Assembly (NCBI GenBank): GCA_021836035.1
Contig: JAKBJL010000004.1
Coordinates: forward strand, 67,841-131,840
Length of the DNA: 64,000 nt
Direction of reading: 5' to 3'
Origin: a bacterium
GTDB taxonomy: Bacteria > Patescibacteriota > Microgenomatia > JAMCZE01
The notes under the pieces were generated by a model. That model was given only the letters and a program-made list of their open reading frames with translations. It made no database searches and was not told the origin of the DNA. The position numbers and the translations under genes are program-made. Positions 21,276 through 31,176 of this stretch are shown one piece after another (positions within the stretch are counted from its first letter, which is position 1; every line of letters begins with the position of its first letter).

Positions 21276-23975
21276 GGGGTGCGTCATCTCCGCAGGAGCG
21301 TTTAAAATTAAAGAGGGGTCAAAGGTAAAGACTTCGGAGGGCTGGTTTTTGTTTAAGTTCCCCATATCTCTTTGTAGGAGAAAATTATGGGCGATAAAAA
21401 TCCCTCGGGCCAGAAATTTTTGGGCTCCGGCCCCGCCGTCTGCTGAGCCGGTATCAAAGGTTCCACCGGCAATAAAAACTCCGTCTAAGAGCGGATTGTT
21501 ACCGTTACTTGCTCCGGCGGGTATCAAAATATTGTTCTTGACGATAAAGGCGACAAACGGGGCATTGTTGTCACGGGAAATCCGGGTACTTGACGGGGAC
21601 GGGTTGGAAAGAATTAAGTTGCCGTCTACCAGGAAAATATGCCAATTGCCGGCTCCCTTAAAATCCTGAGCGGCGCTCAAATTCATATCAGTGTCGGCTG
21701 GCGTCCGGTAGATTCCGGAGGATAAACCATCCAAATCTCCGGGAGAGTTCACGGTTCCGCTTATCGGCGTTGCCTGGTTCCAGAAGAGTTGCCGCCAATA
21801 ACTATAGTCGGCAAAGCGTCCGGCTTCCCCGGTACTGCTGTCGGTCTTAACCTGGTATTTAGCGGTGCTTAACTCCCCGCCCCGGTCCCAAAGATTAATT
21901 GTCGGCGTTGCCCCGGAACCGACATTGGTAGAAACGATTGCGGAATGATTTGGCGGATTGTTGCCTAAATCCAGAAGCTTCGAGTTATCCGGCAGACGGC
22001 TCCTAATGTTACTCTGGGCAAAAATATCACCGTAGACGCTTTTGTCGGTAGAAGAGCCGGTTTGCCACCAGGGCCCAAAGTCCTGGACAGGTATCGATAC
22101 GGAGTCTTCGGTGCACGGTGATATAGTATTATGATCAAGTCCCAAGATCTGAGGAAAGTCGGTTACCTTACCGGAGACAGTAAGAATTGCAGTTCCGGGG
22201 CTCCCGGCGGTGATCGTCTGGTTGCTGACGCTGGTAGTCGCAAAAGAAGTAGGCGCCGGAGTCGGAATTGTTACGGGTCGGCTACTATCATAGGTAACAC
22301 TAGCGTTTGTGCCGCTACCATAGATGCCGGGGTTAACGCTAGCCAAGGTTTCGACGGTCAGATCGTCCCCGGTAATAATGCTGTTGGAATCGCCTGAGCC
22401 GCCGGAAACGTTAAGAGTAAAACCGCAGCTAATCGACGGGATCGTAACCCCGACCGGAGCGGTACAAGGACAGGTAATATTACTCCCGTCTAGCCCCTGG
22501 ACGGGAATACTACCCAGAATATTACCGCTTCCTACAGCCTCGGCGTAAACGTTAGCGGAATAAGACGGCGAAGAGCCGGGGGGAGAAATAGAAACCAAAA
22601 CGTATCCGTCAGAAGCCCGGGTAGGAGCCACATAGCTAACCGGTACCGTCGTATAACCGTTGGTAGGATTTCCGGTAACGGAAATTACTCCCTGGTTAGA
22701 CGACGGAGTTCCCCCCAATAGCAAACTGCTGGGATTTACAGCGCAGGCTAGGTTCCCGCAGGTGGGAGGAGGATAAATAACATTTACGGTAGCGGTATCC
22801 CGGCAGGTTGTATTCCCGTCACTCATCGTTCCCACAGCAGTAATAATGGCCGTGCCCGCCATATTCCCGGCAGTAACTCTGGTTATGTAAGGAGCATAAC
22901 TATCACGGCTGGGATTAACGGTCGTCGCGGCAGTATTGGTGTTAGAGGAAAAATCAACATAAGAAATAATGGCATTGTTGGCGGTATAGCTGGCGGTAAG
23001 GTTAACCGTACCGTTGGTGTAAATAGTATTGGTAGCAGGAAGAAGGTCTAAAGTACAACTGGGCGGCGGCGGCACATTAAGGATACAGGTATTGCCGCAT
23101 TGGTAAAGGAAGCTACCGGTACAGCTGTAAAGATTAGCAGCCACCCGGTGGGTACCTGGGGTATAACTGGCGTTAGCTGAAGACCAGGTGATAGTGGAGG
23201 CATAAGGGGATACTCCTCCTCCGTTGGCACTGCCGATCTTTTCCCAGGTAGTATAGCCTCCGCTGGCATTGGTATTAACATAAGTATCGACTCCGTAAAT
23301 TCCACCTCCGCTGCCGTTAGCATTGGTAACAACACTAATCGCATTCGGTGTAGTTCCCGGATTAGGGTTGCAGGAAATAGAACAACTAGGCATAGGCTGT
23401 GCACCGCAAGTAACTTTTTTCTCAGAACCGTCATAAAAAACCCAGGCATGGAGAACGTCATCATAATAGTAAAACTGGGTCAGGTAGATACTAAGCCCGG
23501 TAGGGTTGGGGTAAAAGTAGTAGTCAAAGTTTCCCGAACCGTTGGTAATAGTAATATTCTTTACATCCGTCAGATTGTTATTGGTGCGCACACTAATCTG
23601 CACAGTGTTATTGTTATGTCCTCCCTGGGGGTTGATATAAATTGTTCCCCAGGCATGCATCAGTCCGCAGGTCGTGCAGGAAACCGCATATGTCACGCCA
23701 CCAAACCAAGGTTGGCTACCCCCAGAGGTAGCACATCCCGTCGGAAGACAACCAGTCTCAGGGTTATTGGGATCTACGTGGCATTTCTCATAACCCTGAA
23801 AATCACAGTTTACGCCACAACAGGGAGAAACATCAGTTGTACCCCCGTTAGAACAGGTACAGGTAGAACCTAGACCGTTGTTACATGAGCAGCTCGCCTG
23901 AACCGGTTCCGTCTTAAAAGAAAAAAAGACCAGGGCAAAAACCAACAACAACCAAAAACGCCCAAACCGTCCCAT
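21246..23975 (-). CDS. Large secreted Cys/Thr/Gly-rich surface protein
   Basis: 909 aa with a signal peptide, a Cys-rich N-terminus, Ig-like beta-rich segments and a C-terminal ...WSEMVP. Confidence 0.8.
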   Translation of the reverse strand: MGRFGRFWLLLVFALVFFSFKTEPVQASCSCNNGLGSTCTCSNGGTTDVSPCCGVNCDFQGYEKCHVDPNNPETGCLPTGCATSGGSQPWFGGVTYAVSCTTCGLMHAWGTIYINPQGGHNNNTVQISVRTNNNLTDVKNITITNGSGNFDYYFYPNPTGLSIYLTQFYYYDDVLHAWVFYDGSEKKVTCGAQPMPSCSISCNPNPGTTPNAISVVTNANGSGGGIYGVDTYVNTNASGGYTTWEKIGSANGGGVSPYASTITWSSANASYTPGTHRVAANLYSCTGSFLYQCGNTCILNVPPPPSCTLDLLPATNTIYTNGTVNLTASYTANNAIISYVDFSSNTNTAATTVNPSRDSYAPYITRVTAGNMAGTAIITAVGTMSDGNTTCRDTATVNVIYPPPTCGNLACAVNPSSLLLGGTPSSNQGVISVTGNPTNGYTTVPVSYVAPTRASDGYVLVSISPPGSSPSYSANVYAEAVGSGNILGSIPVQGLDGSNITCPCTAPVGVTIPSISCGFTLNVSGGSGDSNSIITGDDLTVETLASVNPGIYGSGTNASVTYDSSRPVTIPTPAPTSFATTSVSNQTITAGSPGTAILTVSGKVTDFPQILGLDHNTISPCTEDSVSIPVQDFGPWWQTGSSTDKSVYGDIFAQSNIRSRLPDNSKLLDLGNNPPNHSAIVSTNVGSGATPTINLWDRGGELSTAKYQVKTDSSTGEAGRFADYSYWRQLFWNQATPISGTVNSPGDLDGLSSGIYRTPADTDMNLSAAQDFKGAGNWHIFLVDGNLILSNPSPSSTRISRDNNAPFVAFIVKNNILIPAGASNGNNPLLDGVFIAGGTFDTGSADGGAGAQKFLARGIFIAHNFLLQRDMGNLNKNQPSEVFTFDPSLILNAPAEMTHPLYSWSEMVP

Positions 23976-24023
23976 TAATTAAATCTAGCAGGCCATAGAG
24001 TTTCCCGCAAGAGGGATCGGGAT

Positions 24024-24848
24024 CTAGTCCAGAAGAAAACCGATTTCATTGATATGGCGGTACTGACCAGCACCGGTCGACGGAACACCGACGGGGAAAG
24101 AAGTGTCAACGATGATCAGGTCGCCGGAATGGAAATAGTGATTAACCATGTCAACCGTTTCGTCTGCAGAAACCGCCTCTACTCCCGGAACAAAATTTGG
24201 GATTTTCCAGTTCTCCCCGTTCGGTCCGTAAATTTTTGTCCAGGTCGAAACCAGGGAATTAAACATTTTAACCGAATTCTGTCTGTCAACATGCAAATCA
24301 AAAGTGACCGGATCATCCAAATTATTGTCGCGGGTAATATCAATCAGAAAACGCGCCACTCCCGGGGTGGCTTTTTTAATGCCCATAAACTTCCCCACAA
24401 TAGCGTGGTATTCCCCCGTCTTACCCCATTCTTGCCAGTTAACATTTCTTTCCGCCTTGGAAAATACTCCCTTAATTTCCGGCCAAAGACGGCGTGTAGG
24501 TTCAGGAGTATAAGTCCTTGTTGCCGCCGGGGTGGAGGTTTTTGTAGGTGTACTGGTTTTCGTCGGGAAAAGGGTCGCGGTCTCCGTCGGAGTTATCGCC
24601 ACAGTCGCTATCGGTTCGGGTGTTGCCGATGGAGCCGGCCGGGATCTGACCGGGGTCGGAGCAAAAGTTGCAGTTACCTCCGCCGTTTCGCTTGCCGTAG
24701 GAGTCCCAAATCCCCCTGTCACCGCGGGAACGGGCACCATGATGTTTTGCTCCTGTGTCTGACAGCCAACCGATAAACCCAATAACACCAGGAAAGTAAT
24801 TTTATCCCCTTGATACCGCCTTAACCTCTCAGGGCTAAACCGCTTCAT
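24024..24848 (-). CDS. Putative lipoprotein with Pro/Thr-rich linker
   Basis: MKRFS...LLGLSVGC lipobox followed by TPT/TAT repeats. Confidence 0.7.
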   Translation of the reverse strand: MKRFSPERLRRYQGDKITFLVLLGLSVGCQTQEQNIMVPVPAVTGGFGTPTASETAEVTATFAPTPVRSRPAPSATPEPIATVAITPTETATLFPTKTSTPTKTSTPAATRTYTPEPTRRLWPEIKGVFSKAERNVNWQEWGKTGEYHAIVGKFMGIKKATPGVARFLIDITRDNNLDDPVTFDLHVDRQNSVKMFNSLVSTWTKIYGPNGENWKIPNFVPGVEAVSADETVDMVNHYFHSGDLIIVDTSFPVGVPSTGAGQYRHINEIGFLLD

Positions 24849-24944
24849 AAAATTCTTATATCCCAGAAAGCAGAAGAAGTCAACCGGGTCGAAGTATGGC
24901 AAAGGAATCCCCTTCTAGGGCACCATCTCGCTCCAGGAGTAGAG
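24832..24944. repeat. 113-bp exact direct repeat, copy 2
   Basis: Identical to 21163-21275. Confidence 0.95.
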
Positions 24945-25346
24945 AAAGTATATAATCTTTGTCAAGAGGGTATATATTTACGGGTTTCAAAGAAGATCTT
25001 GCTATAATATTTAAGGAGGCACCGGAAAAACAAGGCCTTACCCAAAAAGCAGTGGCTTAAAAGGCTAAAGTCTCGGTCAACTAAATTGCCCAGTTAGAAA
25101 GGGAAAACCCGGTGGCAGGAGGTGGGGTTTTAAATCAAATTGCTAAGCGTTAGGAGTCGGAATCAAACTTTTGCCTGAGAATTAAAAAGGTTTCGTATAG
25201 TAATAGTAAGCTCTGTAATACGTGACGCACCCACCAATAATTCATTTCGCTTATTGTTGATTTCGTTTTTGTCCTGGTAGGCAAAAATAATCTTGTAAAT
25301 CCAGAGTATAAAGTGTTTAAAGAAAAATGCATCAGGGGCACTTTTT

Positions 25347-25418
25347 CGGAGTGTGGCGCAGCGGTAGCGCGCACGGTTTGGGACCGTGAGGCCGTGAGTT
25401 CAAATCTCACCACTCCGA
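25347..25418 (+). tRNA. tRNA-Pro(TGG)
   Basis: CGGAGTG...CACTCCG acceptor stem; anticodon arm CACGG-TTTGGGA-CCGTG. Confidence 0.95.
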
Positions 25419-25431
25419 CTAATTATTAACC

Positions 25432-26247
25432 TCAACGCAAGGTGTTTACCCAAAAGCGATGCATGTTCTGCAACACATGGGTGGTTTCGCGGTTGTTAGC
25501 TTCCGGATGGCCGTTGAACTGGCAATAACTTTTAATATTTTTCACTTTTAACGGCTCTGAAAAATGTACTTTGCCTTTGGGAAGCAGTGGACCAATGCTT
25601 TCGCCTATTCCGGGGGTGAAGGCTAAAATGGTTAAAGGGGAATCATTGATATGGCTAAATACAATCATCCAATCATTATCCATATTATTAACCAGTTCAC
25701 CGATACGCCTATTCCAGCGATCTTGGGGATGATAACCCCCGTCCGGAGTGATAGCGACAACCTTTCCCTCTTTAAGCTTTTCTAGCGCTTCTTCATAAGC
25801 TTGAGCGTTTAATTCAACACGTTTCCTAAAATTCGGAGACGAATTTTCCAGATATTTGCGTGTAAATAGCCTTATTGCTTTTGACTTTAAGTCGGGAGCT
25901 TTTTGGTGACTGACACCATGGATATAAATCAGATTTTCCAATTTAACGTTACCCGTCCAGAAGTTCCAGGCGGTGCGATCCACTAAAATTACCGTATCTT
26001 TACGTGGTACGGATGCTAACAGATAAAGAGCTCCTGGATAATGGCCGGTATGGTGACAGATAAGAACGACTTGACCGTCTTCGAATGCTCTCTCCGTTTC
26101 TCTGGGGCAAGAGATTTGCGGTAAAACAGAACATCTATTTAGCTCCGACCAGAGAGACCCGGGAATATTTCCGGACTCTAAAAGAGATTCACGGACACGA
26201 CGGACGGAAGGAACCGCACCAGCAATATTTTCTATTATGCGCTTCAT
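25432..26247 (-). CDS. Divergent lysophospholipid acyltransferase (PlsC)-like protein
   Basis: VVLICHH and VAITPDGG resemble PlsC blocks I and III; C-terminal VHFSEPL. Confidence 0.5.
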   Translation of the reverse strand: MKRIIENIAGAVPSVRRVRESLLESGNIPGSLWSELNRCSVLPQISCPRETERAFEDGQVVLICHHTGHYPGALYLLASVPRKDTVILVDRTAWNFWTGNVKLENLIYIHGVSHQKAPDLKSKAIRLFTRKYLENSSPNFRKRVELNAQAYEEALEKLKEGKVVAITPDGGYHPQDRWNRRIGELVNNMDNDWMIVFSHINDSPLTILAFTPGIGESIGPLLPKGKVHFSEPLKVKNIKSYCQFNGHPEANNRETTHVLQNMHRFWVNTLR

Positions 26248-26294
26248 TTAGTACCCCCGGGGCAAGTCGAACGCCCAGCCTATCCCGCAATTAG

Positions 26295-26368
26295 CGCTCC
26301 CAGCAGGACTCGAACCTGCAACCTTATCGTTAGAACCGATTTGCTCTATCCGATTGAGCTATGGGAGC
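26295..26368 (-). tRNA. tRNA-Arg(TCT)
   Basis: Cloverleaf on the reverse complement; anticodon loop GTTCTAA. Confidence 0.9.
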
Positions 26369-26570
26369 TCATCCAATATTAACTTTTAAGAACAAATTAC
26401 TCTTATCCCCCAACCCGAATACTGCTCGTGCGCAATCCGCCAAGGACGGACTATCCATTGAACTACCGTTCAATCTATTTCTATTATACCGAAATTGATT
26501 CATTTGCGTATACTTTGAAATATTGTAAGTAAGGGAGTGTTCAGTTAATTTCTTGTTGCTGCCCTGCAAA

Positions 26571-27500
26571 ATGCAGGAAAGATTAAAGTTTAATATTACC
26601 AGGGAGCAGTTTGTTGAATATGCTCGTATAGCCGCCAATTTTGACACATGTCTAACAGATTACACTCCGAAATGGAATTACCTTGATCCCCTTGCGGATC
26701 ACTGCGCAATCGCAACCTGCGCCGCGCAGGATATTTTCGGTGGAGATTTATATAGGTTTTCATTAGAAGGGCATGAGGGATTTCGTAAAGGCGATTCGCA
26801 CTATAAATTAATTCATCCGCTTGATAATCCAGATAAGCCCTTTGATCCTACTTTTGAACAGTTTCATGGTCATTACCCCTGGGGTTTAGAAAAAACGGCT
26901 GTTATTCGCGAACGGTCGTACACTCTAAATCCGATTCGTTATCCCGATTCCGTAAGAAGATATAAATTATTTTCTTTACGCTTAGCCAATGTACGCGTCG
27001 AAGGAAATCCTCTTTTTTTGGATACCAGATATCAGGAATGTTTTTTCCAGGCTTTAGATTCTCCTTGTAAAAAGATGCGCTTTGGGTGTAAGGCCATGAG
27101 GGATGGCGAGTTTGTGGCGGGTGAAGCAAATTTTACATTATTGGAACCGGAAAAACGTAACGAATGCAAAGATTGGTGTGTACGTTTGAACATCAGATCA
27201 CGTACCAAGCAACAATTAGGTGCCTGCGGCCATGCTGAGCGGTGGACATGGAAAAGCTTACTTAGAGAGGAAATTGATCCGCACGATTGCGAACTTTTCG
27301 TAGTGGGAATTTATGGCCTGGGAAATGGTTTGCCTTACATTAAAGAAAAAGCACAATTTTCCTGTCCTCAATGTGCGAAACAAATTACGGAAGCAGGCTT
27401 TAAGGCGGTTAACATGCCGGTAGTAAATCGTTGGGTAAGAGTGCCAACATGCGAAATCATGGACCAAGCAAACGAATACATCAAGGAATTAGGTTCCTAG
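26571..27500 (+). CDS. YunG-like domain fused to a zinc-dependent (dCMP/cytidine-type) deaminase domain
   Basis: N-half HCAIATCAAQDIFGG...HY...DPTFEQF; C-half SPCKKMRFGC, CGHAE, SCPQCAKQI. Confidence 0.65.
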   Translation: MQERLKFNITREQFVEYARIAANFDTCLTDYTPKWNYLDPLADHCAIATCAAQDIFGGDLYRFSLEGHEGFRKGDSHYKLIHPLDNPDKPFDPTFEQFHGHYPWGLEKTAVIRERSYTLNPIRYPDSVRRYKLFSLRLANVRVEGNPLFLDTRYQECFFQALDSPCKKMRFGCKAMRDGEFVAGEANFTLLEPEKRNECKDWCVRLNIRSRTKQQLGACGHAERWTWKSLLREEIDPHDCELFVVGIYGLGNGLPYIKEKAQFSCPQCAKQITEAGFKAVNMPVVNRWVRVPTCEIMDQANEYIKELGS

Positions 27501-27517
27501 TTATTTAAGGATATTTA

Positions 27518-27784
27518 TTATTGAGAAGTATCTGTTTTTGGGCGTGCTATATTTACCACAAGCTTCCTTCCTTCAAGGTCCGTTCCGTTTAAAGCTTCCA
27601 TCGCCTTACGGGCATCAGCCTCATTAGCAAAAGTAACAAATCCGAACCCCTTTGACCTCCCGGTAGCCCTATCGGAAATTACGGCGACATCGGTGATTTG
27701 TCCATACTGGGAAAACAAATTCCTGAGCGTATCATTGGTATAAGCCCAGGGAAAACCTGCTACAAATAATTTATTTTTGTCCAT
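27518..27784 (-). CDS. RRM RNA-binding protein
   Basis: RNP2 LFVAGF and RNP1 KGFGFVTF. Confidence 0.95.
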   Translation of the reverse strand: MDKNKLFVAGFPWAYTNDTLRNLFSQYGQITDVAVISDRATGRSKGFGFVTFANEADARKAMEALNGTDLEGRKLVVNIARPKTDTSQ

Positions 27785-28201
27785 CTTCTAGAGATTACCT
27801 TTTCTATTACTGAATATTGTATCGCTATTAAAATAAAAATGTAAGAACAATATGTCTTTTAGGGCGCGTTACCACTTGCGCGAAATGAGCGGGAGACGCA
27901 AATTATTTTGAACTCCTCCTCGATAAAATCCTCATACATTTTAACAAGTTAATGGAGACGTATCAATCATTGGAGCGGGAATAATAATTTGGGAATACGT
28001 TTTTACAAACCATGCCGGTTATCGAAAGTGATGAAAGAAAAACTATTAACCGCAGGTGGGAGCCAATAACTCTCGCTTACGATATTTTTGTAGTCCATTA
28101 TCAGCTTATCCTGATGTAAATTGTGCTTGCTTTGGATTTAGGTTTTATATAGAATTGTCCAAATAGTATGATATATAAGGATAATTAAGAGATATATTAA
28201 T

Positions 28202-29278
28202 ATGGGTTATGCATACCATGAATTAATATTGCCAGCAATTGTATTTGAACATCCTGGGAAAAATAAGGAAGAATTGGCAAAGCTACGTGATAGCGTACCA
28301 GAGCCTCCGTTAATTTTCAGGGAAGAAGACCCTTGGAATAAAAGCTGTAATTCCCCTTTTCCTAAAGGGTTTGAGAGGTTAGCACGAGAATTGCGCCTTA
28401 ATCTCTCTCCTCAAACTGAAGAATCAATATTAGATAGTAACGGTATTCCAATCGAACCCGCAGAACCTTATTTTGAAATTGATGATAAGGAAAATCCTTA
28501 TAAAGTATATGTAAATATTTTTAACAAACCCAAGGAAACAAGGCGACTACATGTTGGACTTCTCCCTGGAGAGCGAGAATTTAAAACAGGAGAATTTTTA
28601 AGAAAAAACTGGTTAGATTGGGAAGATCCTTTCGGGCAAGATTATAGTGGAATTTTAATAAAAGACATTGTTAAAAAACTGGAAGTAAGTCGTGGCAGGA
28701 ATAGAAAAGATTTTTGGGCTTGGAATCCAGATTTTAAAAAAGGGTATATCGATTATGAAATTATAGGAACGCTTATCGAACGGTGGTTTTACGAAGAAAA
28801 TTTCCCATCAGAAGAAGAAATGTATTTTGAGTGGCCGGAACTCAGACCCGAAGTGAGGTTCGATTTTAACCAAAGCGAAGGACATTTTGACGTTCTTTAT
28901 AATGCCTTCGACTACGTTTGGGTCAAGAAAGACGGTAAATATTATATAGATGATATAACTTTCCAGAGAATACCGGTAAGTTTACTTTCCAGAAAATGGG
29001 AAGAAAGATCCCCCGGAGATTATTTTCCGGATGAAGCCTATGGTTACGGCTATACAGATTTAATACTTACAACCGAAGCAATAAGAAATAAGGCCTGGAA
29101 AGTATTCTCATATAGAGGAAAAGACGGTTTAGAGAAATTCCTTCAGGATTTCCCGGAATCCAGAGCCCGATATGAAAAAGCAGTAATTGATGCTGAAACG
29201 TCTTTGAATGCTAAACAGCGCGGATTAACAGTAACTGAATTTTTAAGGATGAGAATAAGAGCAGATGTGCTTGCTTAA
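28202..29278 (+). CDS. Hypothetical protein
   Basis: 358-aa open frame with no recognised motif. Confidence 0.7.
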   Translation: MGYAYHELILPAIVFEHPGKNKEELAKLRDSVPEPPLIFREEDPWNKSCNSPFPKGFERLARELRLNLSPQTEESILDSNGIPIEPAEPYFEIDDKENPYKVYVNIFNKPKETRRLHVGLLPGEREFKTGEFLRKNWLDWEDPFGQDYSGILIKDIVKKLEVSRGRNRKDFWAWNPDFKKGYIDYEIIGTLIERWFYEENFPSEEEMYFEWPELRPEVRFDFNQSEGHFDVLYNAFDYVWVKKDGKYYIDDITFQRIPVSLLSRKWEERSPGDYFPDEAYGYGYTDLILTTEAIRNKAWKVFSYRGKDGLEKFLQDFPESRARYEKAVIDAETSLNAKQRGLTVTEFLRMRIRADVLA

Positions 29279-29648
29279 AATATATTTTCTGTTGACTATA
29301 TTAACCGAATTTTGCGGAGAAAATTAAAGAGCTACTTTATGAAGCACGTTCTTGTTTAAGAATATTTACTGAATATCTTCAACTAAGACAATGTAGAAAG
29401 TAAAATCTTCAGTTTTTACTTATATGCTTCTTAACGAAATTATTAAGATAATATTTCGCCATTATGTAGTAAAAGTTATTATTATGTGCGAAAAGCTATA
29501 TTAATCGATTGATGAAAATGTTCAAAGCCCGTTTCTTTGAATCCAGATTTGAGACAAATCAATTTCAGACGAAACTTTAATATTATTTATGTAAACTAGC
29601 CCGTTGTATCAATACATTCATGCCTTTTTGGTACAACCTGTCCCGTCT

Positions 29649-29774
29649 GGAGCTGGTGACGATACTCAGCTCGAACCTCTTCCCACTTTAGTTATTCGAG
29701 AACATTTTCCGTCTTATAACTCCTGACCTCATTTTAAAACTTAATTTGTTAAAAATTCGAATGGATATTCCAAG
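29649..29774 (+). repeat. att-like repeat A (tRNA 3'-end-like)
   Basis: GGAGCTGGTGACGATACTCAGCTCGAACCT...GTCTTATAACTCCTGACCTCATTTTAAAACT matches 30404-30532. Confidence 0.75.
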
Positions 29775-29776
29775 TT

Positions 29777-30340
29777 TTAAGAATTACCCAATGCAAACTT
29801 CTCGTTATCCAAAATCTTTGTCGCGTTATCATCCAGAGTAATTAATTCAAGATTGTCTAACTTAGTCCAATAGTCAAAATCAAGCGATTCAGCTTCCTGT
29901 AAGGCTATTTTGTACTTGTTTTTATCGAGAACTTGCAGCGTTGGATCAGTAACTTTGTAACCAGAGTTTTCTGCAACAAATAAGCCTATTCCAATGTGCG
30001 GAATATAACCCAAATCTTTTTTGAAAAACGGAGCCAAAATACCAGTATAAAGCTTATCGTGAAGCGCAATTACTTCATTATTTCCTTCTTTCAATATCAA
30101 ATTGAGCCAATGATCCCAAGATTTTTCCAATCCGCACAGATGAATCTTAAAAGTCTTTTCGTCTTTTAAAGTATCATTTATATGTTTTTCTAGCGCAGAT
30201 TTATCGATGTTTTTATCACCTACTGGGAAAACTAGAGTAATGTGTGGTTGGATGAAATCAACGTACGGATCATATTTTTGGCGAAACACGTCAATCTTTG
30301 GTGTATCTATCTTTGGTCTGAAAACTAATGCGTATAGCAT
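29777..30340 (-). CDS. 2H phosphoesterase (2'-5' RNA ligase family)
   Basis: PHITL and PHIGI 2H motifs. Confidence 0.85.
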   Translation of the reverse strand: MLYALVFRPKIDTPKIDVFRQKYDPYVDFIQPHITLVFPVGDKNIDKSALEKHINDTLKDEKTFKIHLCGLEKSWDHWLNLILKEGNNEVIALHDKLYTGILAPFFKKDLGYIPHIGIGLFVAENSGYKVTDPTLQVLDKNKYKIALQEAESLDFDYWTKLDNLELITLDDNATKILDNEKFALGNS

Positions 30341-30374
30341 TTTGTAATAAATTTTAACTGAATTATTAGTTTAT

Positions 30375-30532
30375 GTAAGTTTCTGATGATTTCCGTCACA
30401 TACGGAGCTGGGGACGGTACTCAGCTCGGACCTGCTATTACCACTATGGCTTTTTCTTAACTTATACAGTCTTATAACTCCTGATCTTATTTTAAAACTC
30501 AACGCTCTAAAAAGCCATCTTGATATCCCAAG
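30375..30532 (+). repeat. att-like repeat B (hybrid site)
   Basis: Left arm GTAAgTTTCTG...CACATAcGGAGC matches 31149-31182 at the tRNA-Gly 3' end; right arm matches repeat A. Confidence 0.75.
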
Positions 30533-30654
30533 CTTCAAGAGCTATGAAAAATGGTATCATAAACGTGCCGAATGATCTCTGCGATAAACGTATCTTTTTT
30601 AGGGAGCTGATGGCACAAATCGTGATCCACCTTAGCCCAGAGACCGAGTTTAGT

Positions 30655-31128
30655 ATGAGAAAACACATAAGAGCAGTCGCTATCATAATAAAAGACAATG
30701 ATGTCCTCTTGATGTGGAGAAAAAATCAAGGAAAAGAATATTATGTTTTTCCTGGTGGAGGAACTGAAGAAAACGAAACAGTGGAGGAAGCCGTACTTCG
30801 TGAAGTCAGAGAAGAAACCACACTTAAAGTACGAATAGAAAAACAACTTTATCATCATCACTATATCAACGATAGTGATCAGTATTTCTATCTTTGTTCT
30901 TATTTGTCTGGTGAACCAACCCTTGGAGAGGCGAACGAAAAAGAAGACATGTTGAAAGATAATGGTAATTTTTATCAACCGGTATGGATGAAAATAGAAG
31001 ATTTAAAAATATTACTGCTTTATCCACTTGAGATTAGAGATTGGTTGCTTGAAGATGTAAAAAATGACTTTAAAAATACTCCGAGAGAAGCATCAATAGA
31101 ACTGAAAGAACTGCGGCAATCTTTATAG
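30655..31128 (+). CDS. NUDIX hydrolase
   Basis: FPGGGTEENETVEEAVLREVREET Nudix box. Confidence 0.9.
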   Translation: MRKHIRAVAIIIKDNDVLLMWRKNQGKEYYVFPGGGTEENETVEEAVLREVREETTLKVRIEKQLYHHHYINDSDQYFYLCSYLSGEPTLGEANEKEDMLKDNGNFYQPVWMKIEDLKILLLYPLEIRDWLLEDVKNDFKNTPREASIELKELRQSL

Positions 31129-31176
31129 TACCTTATTGTACTTTCCTAGTAACTTTCTGTTTACATCTGCCACATA

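Noticed and set aside
21163-24944. Diversity-generating retroelement template/variable repeat pair at the 3' end of the surface gene
   Set aside because: The copies are identical with no adenine-specific mismatches, and there is no reverse transcriptase in the window.
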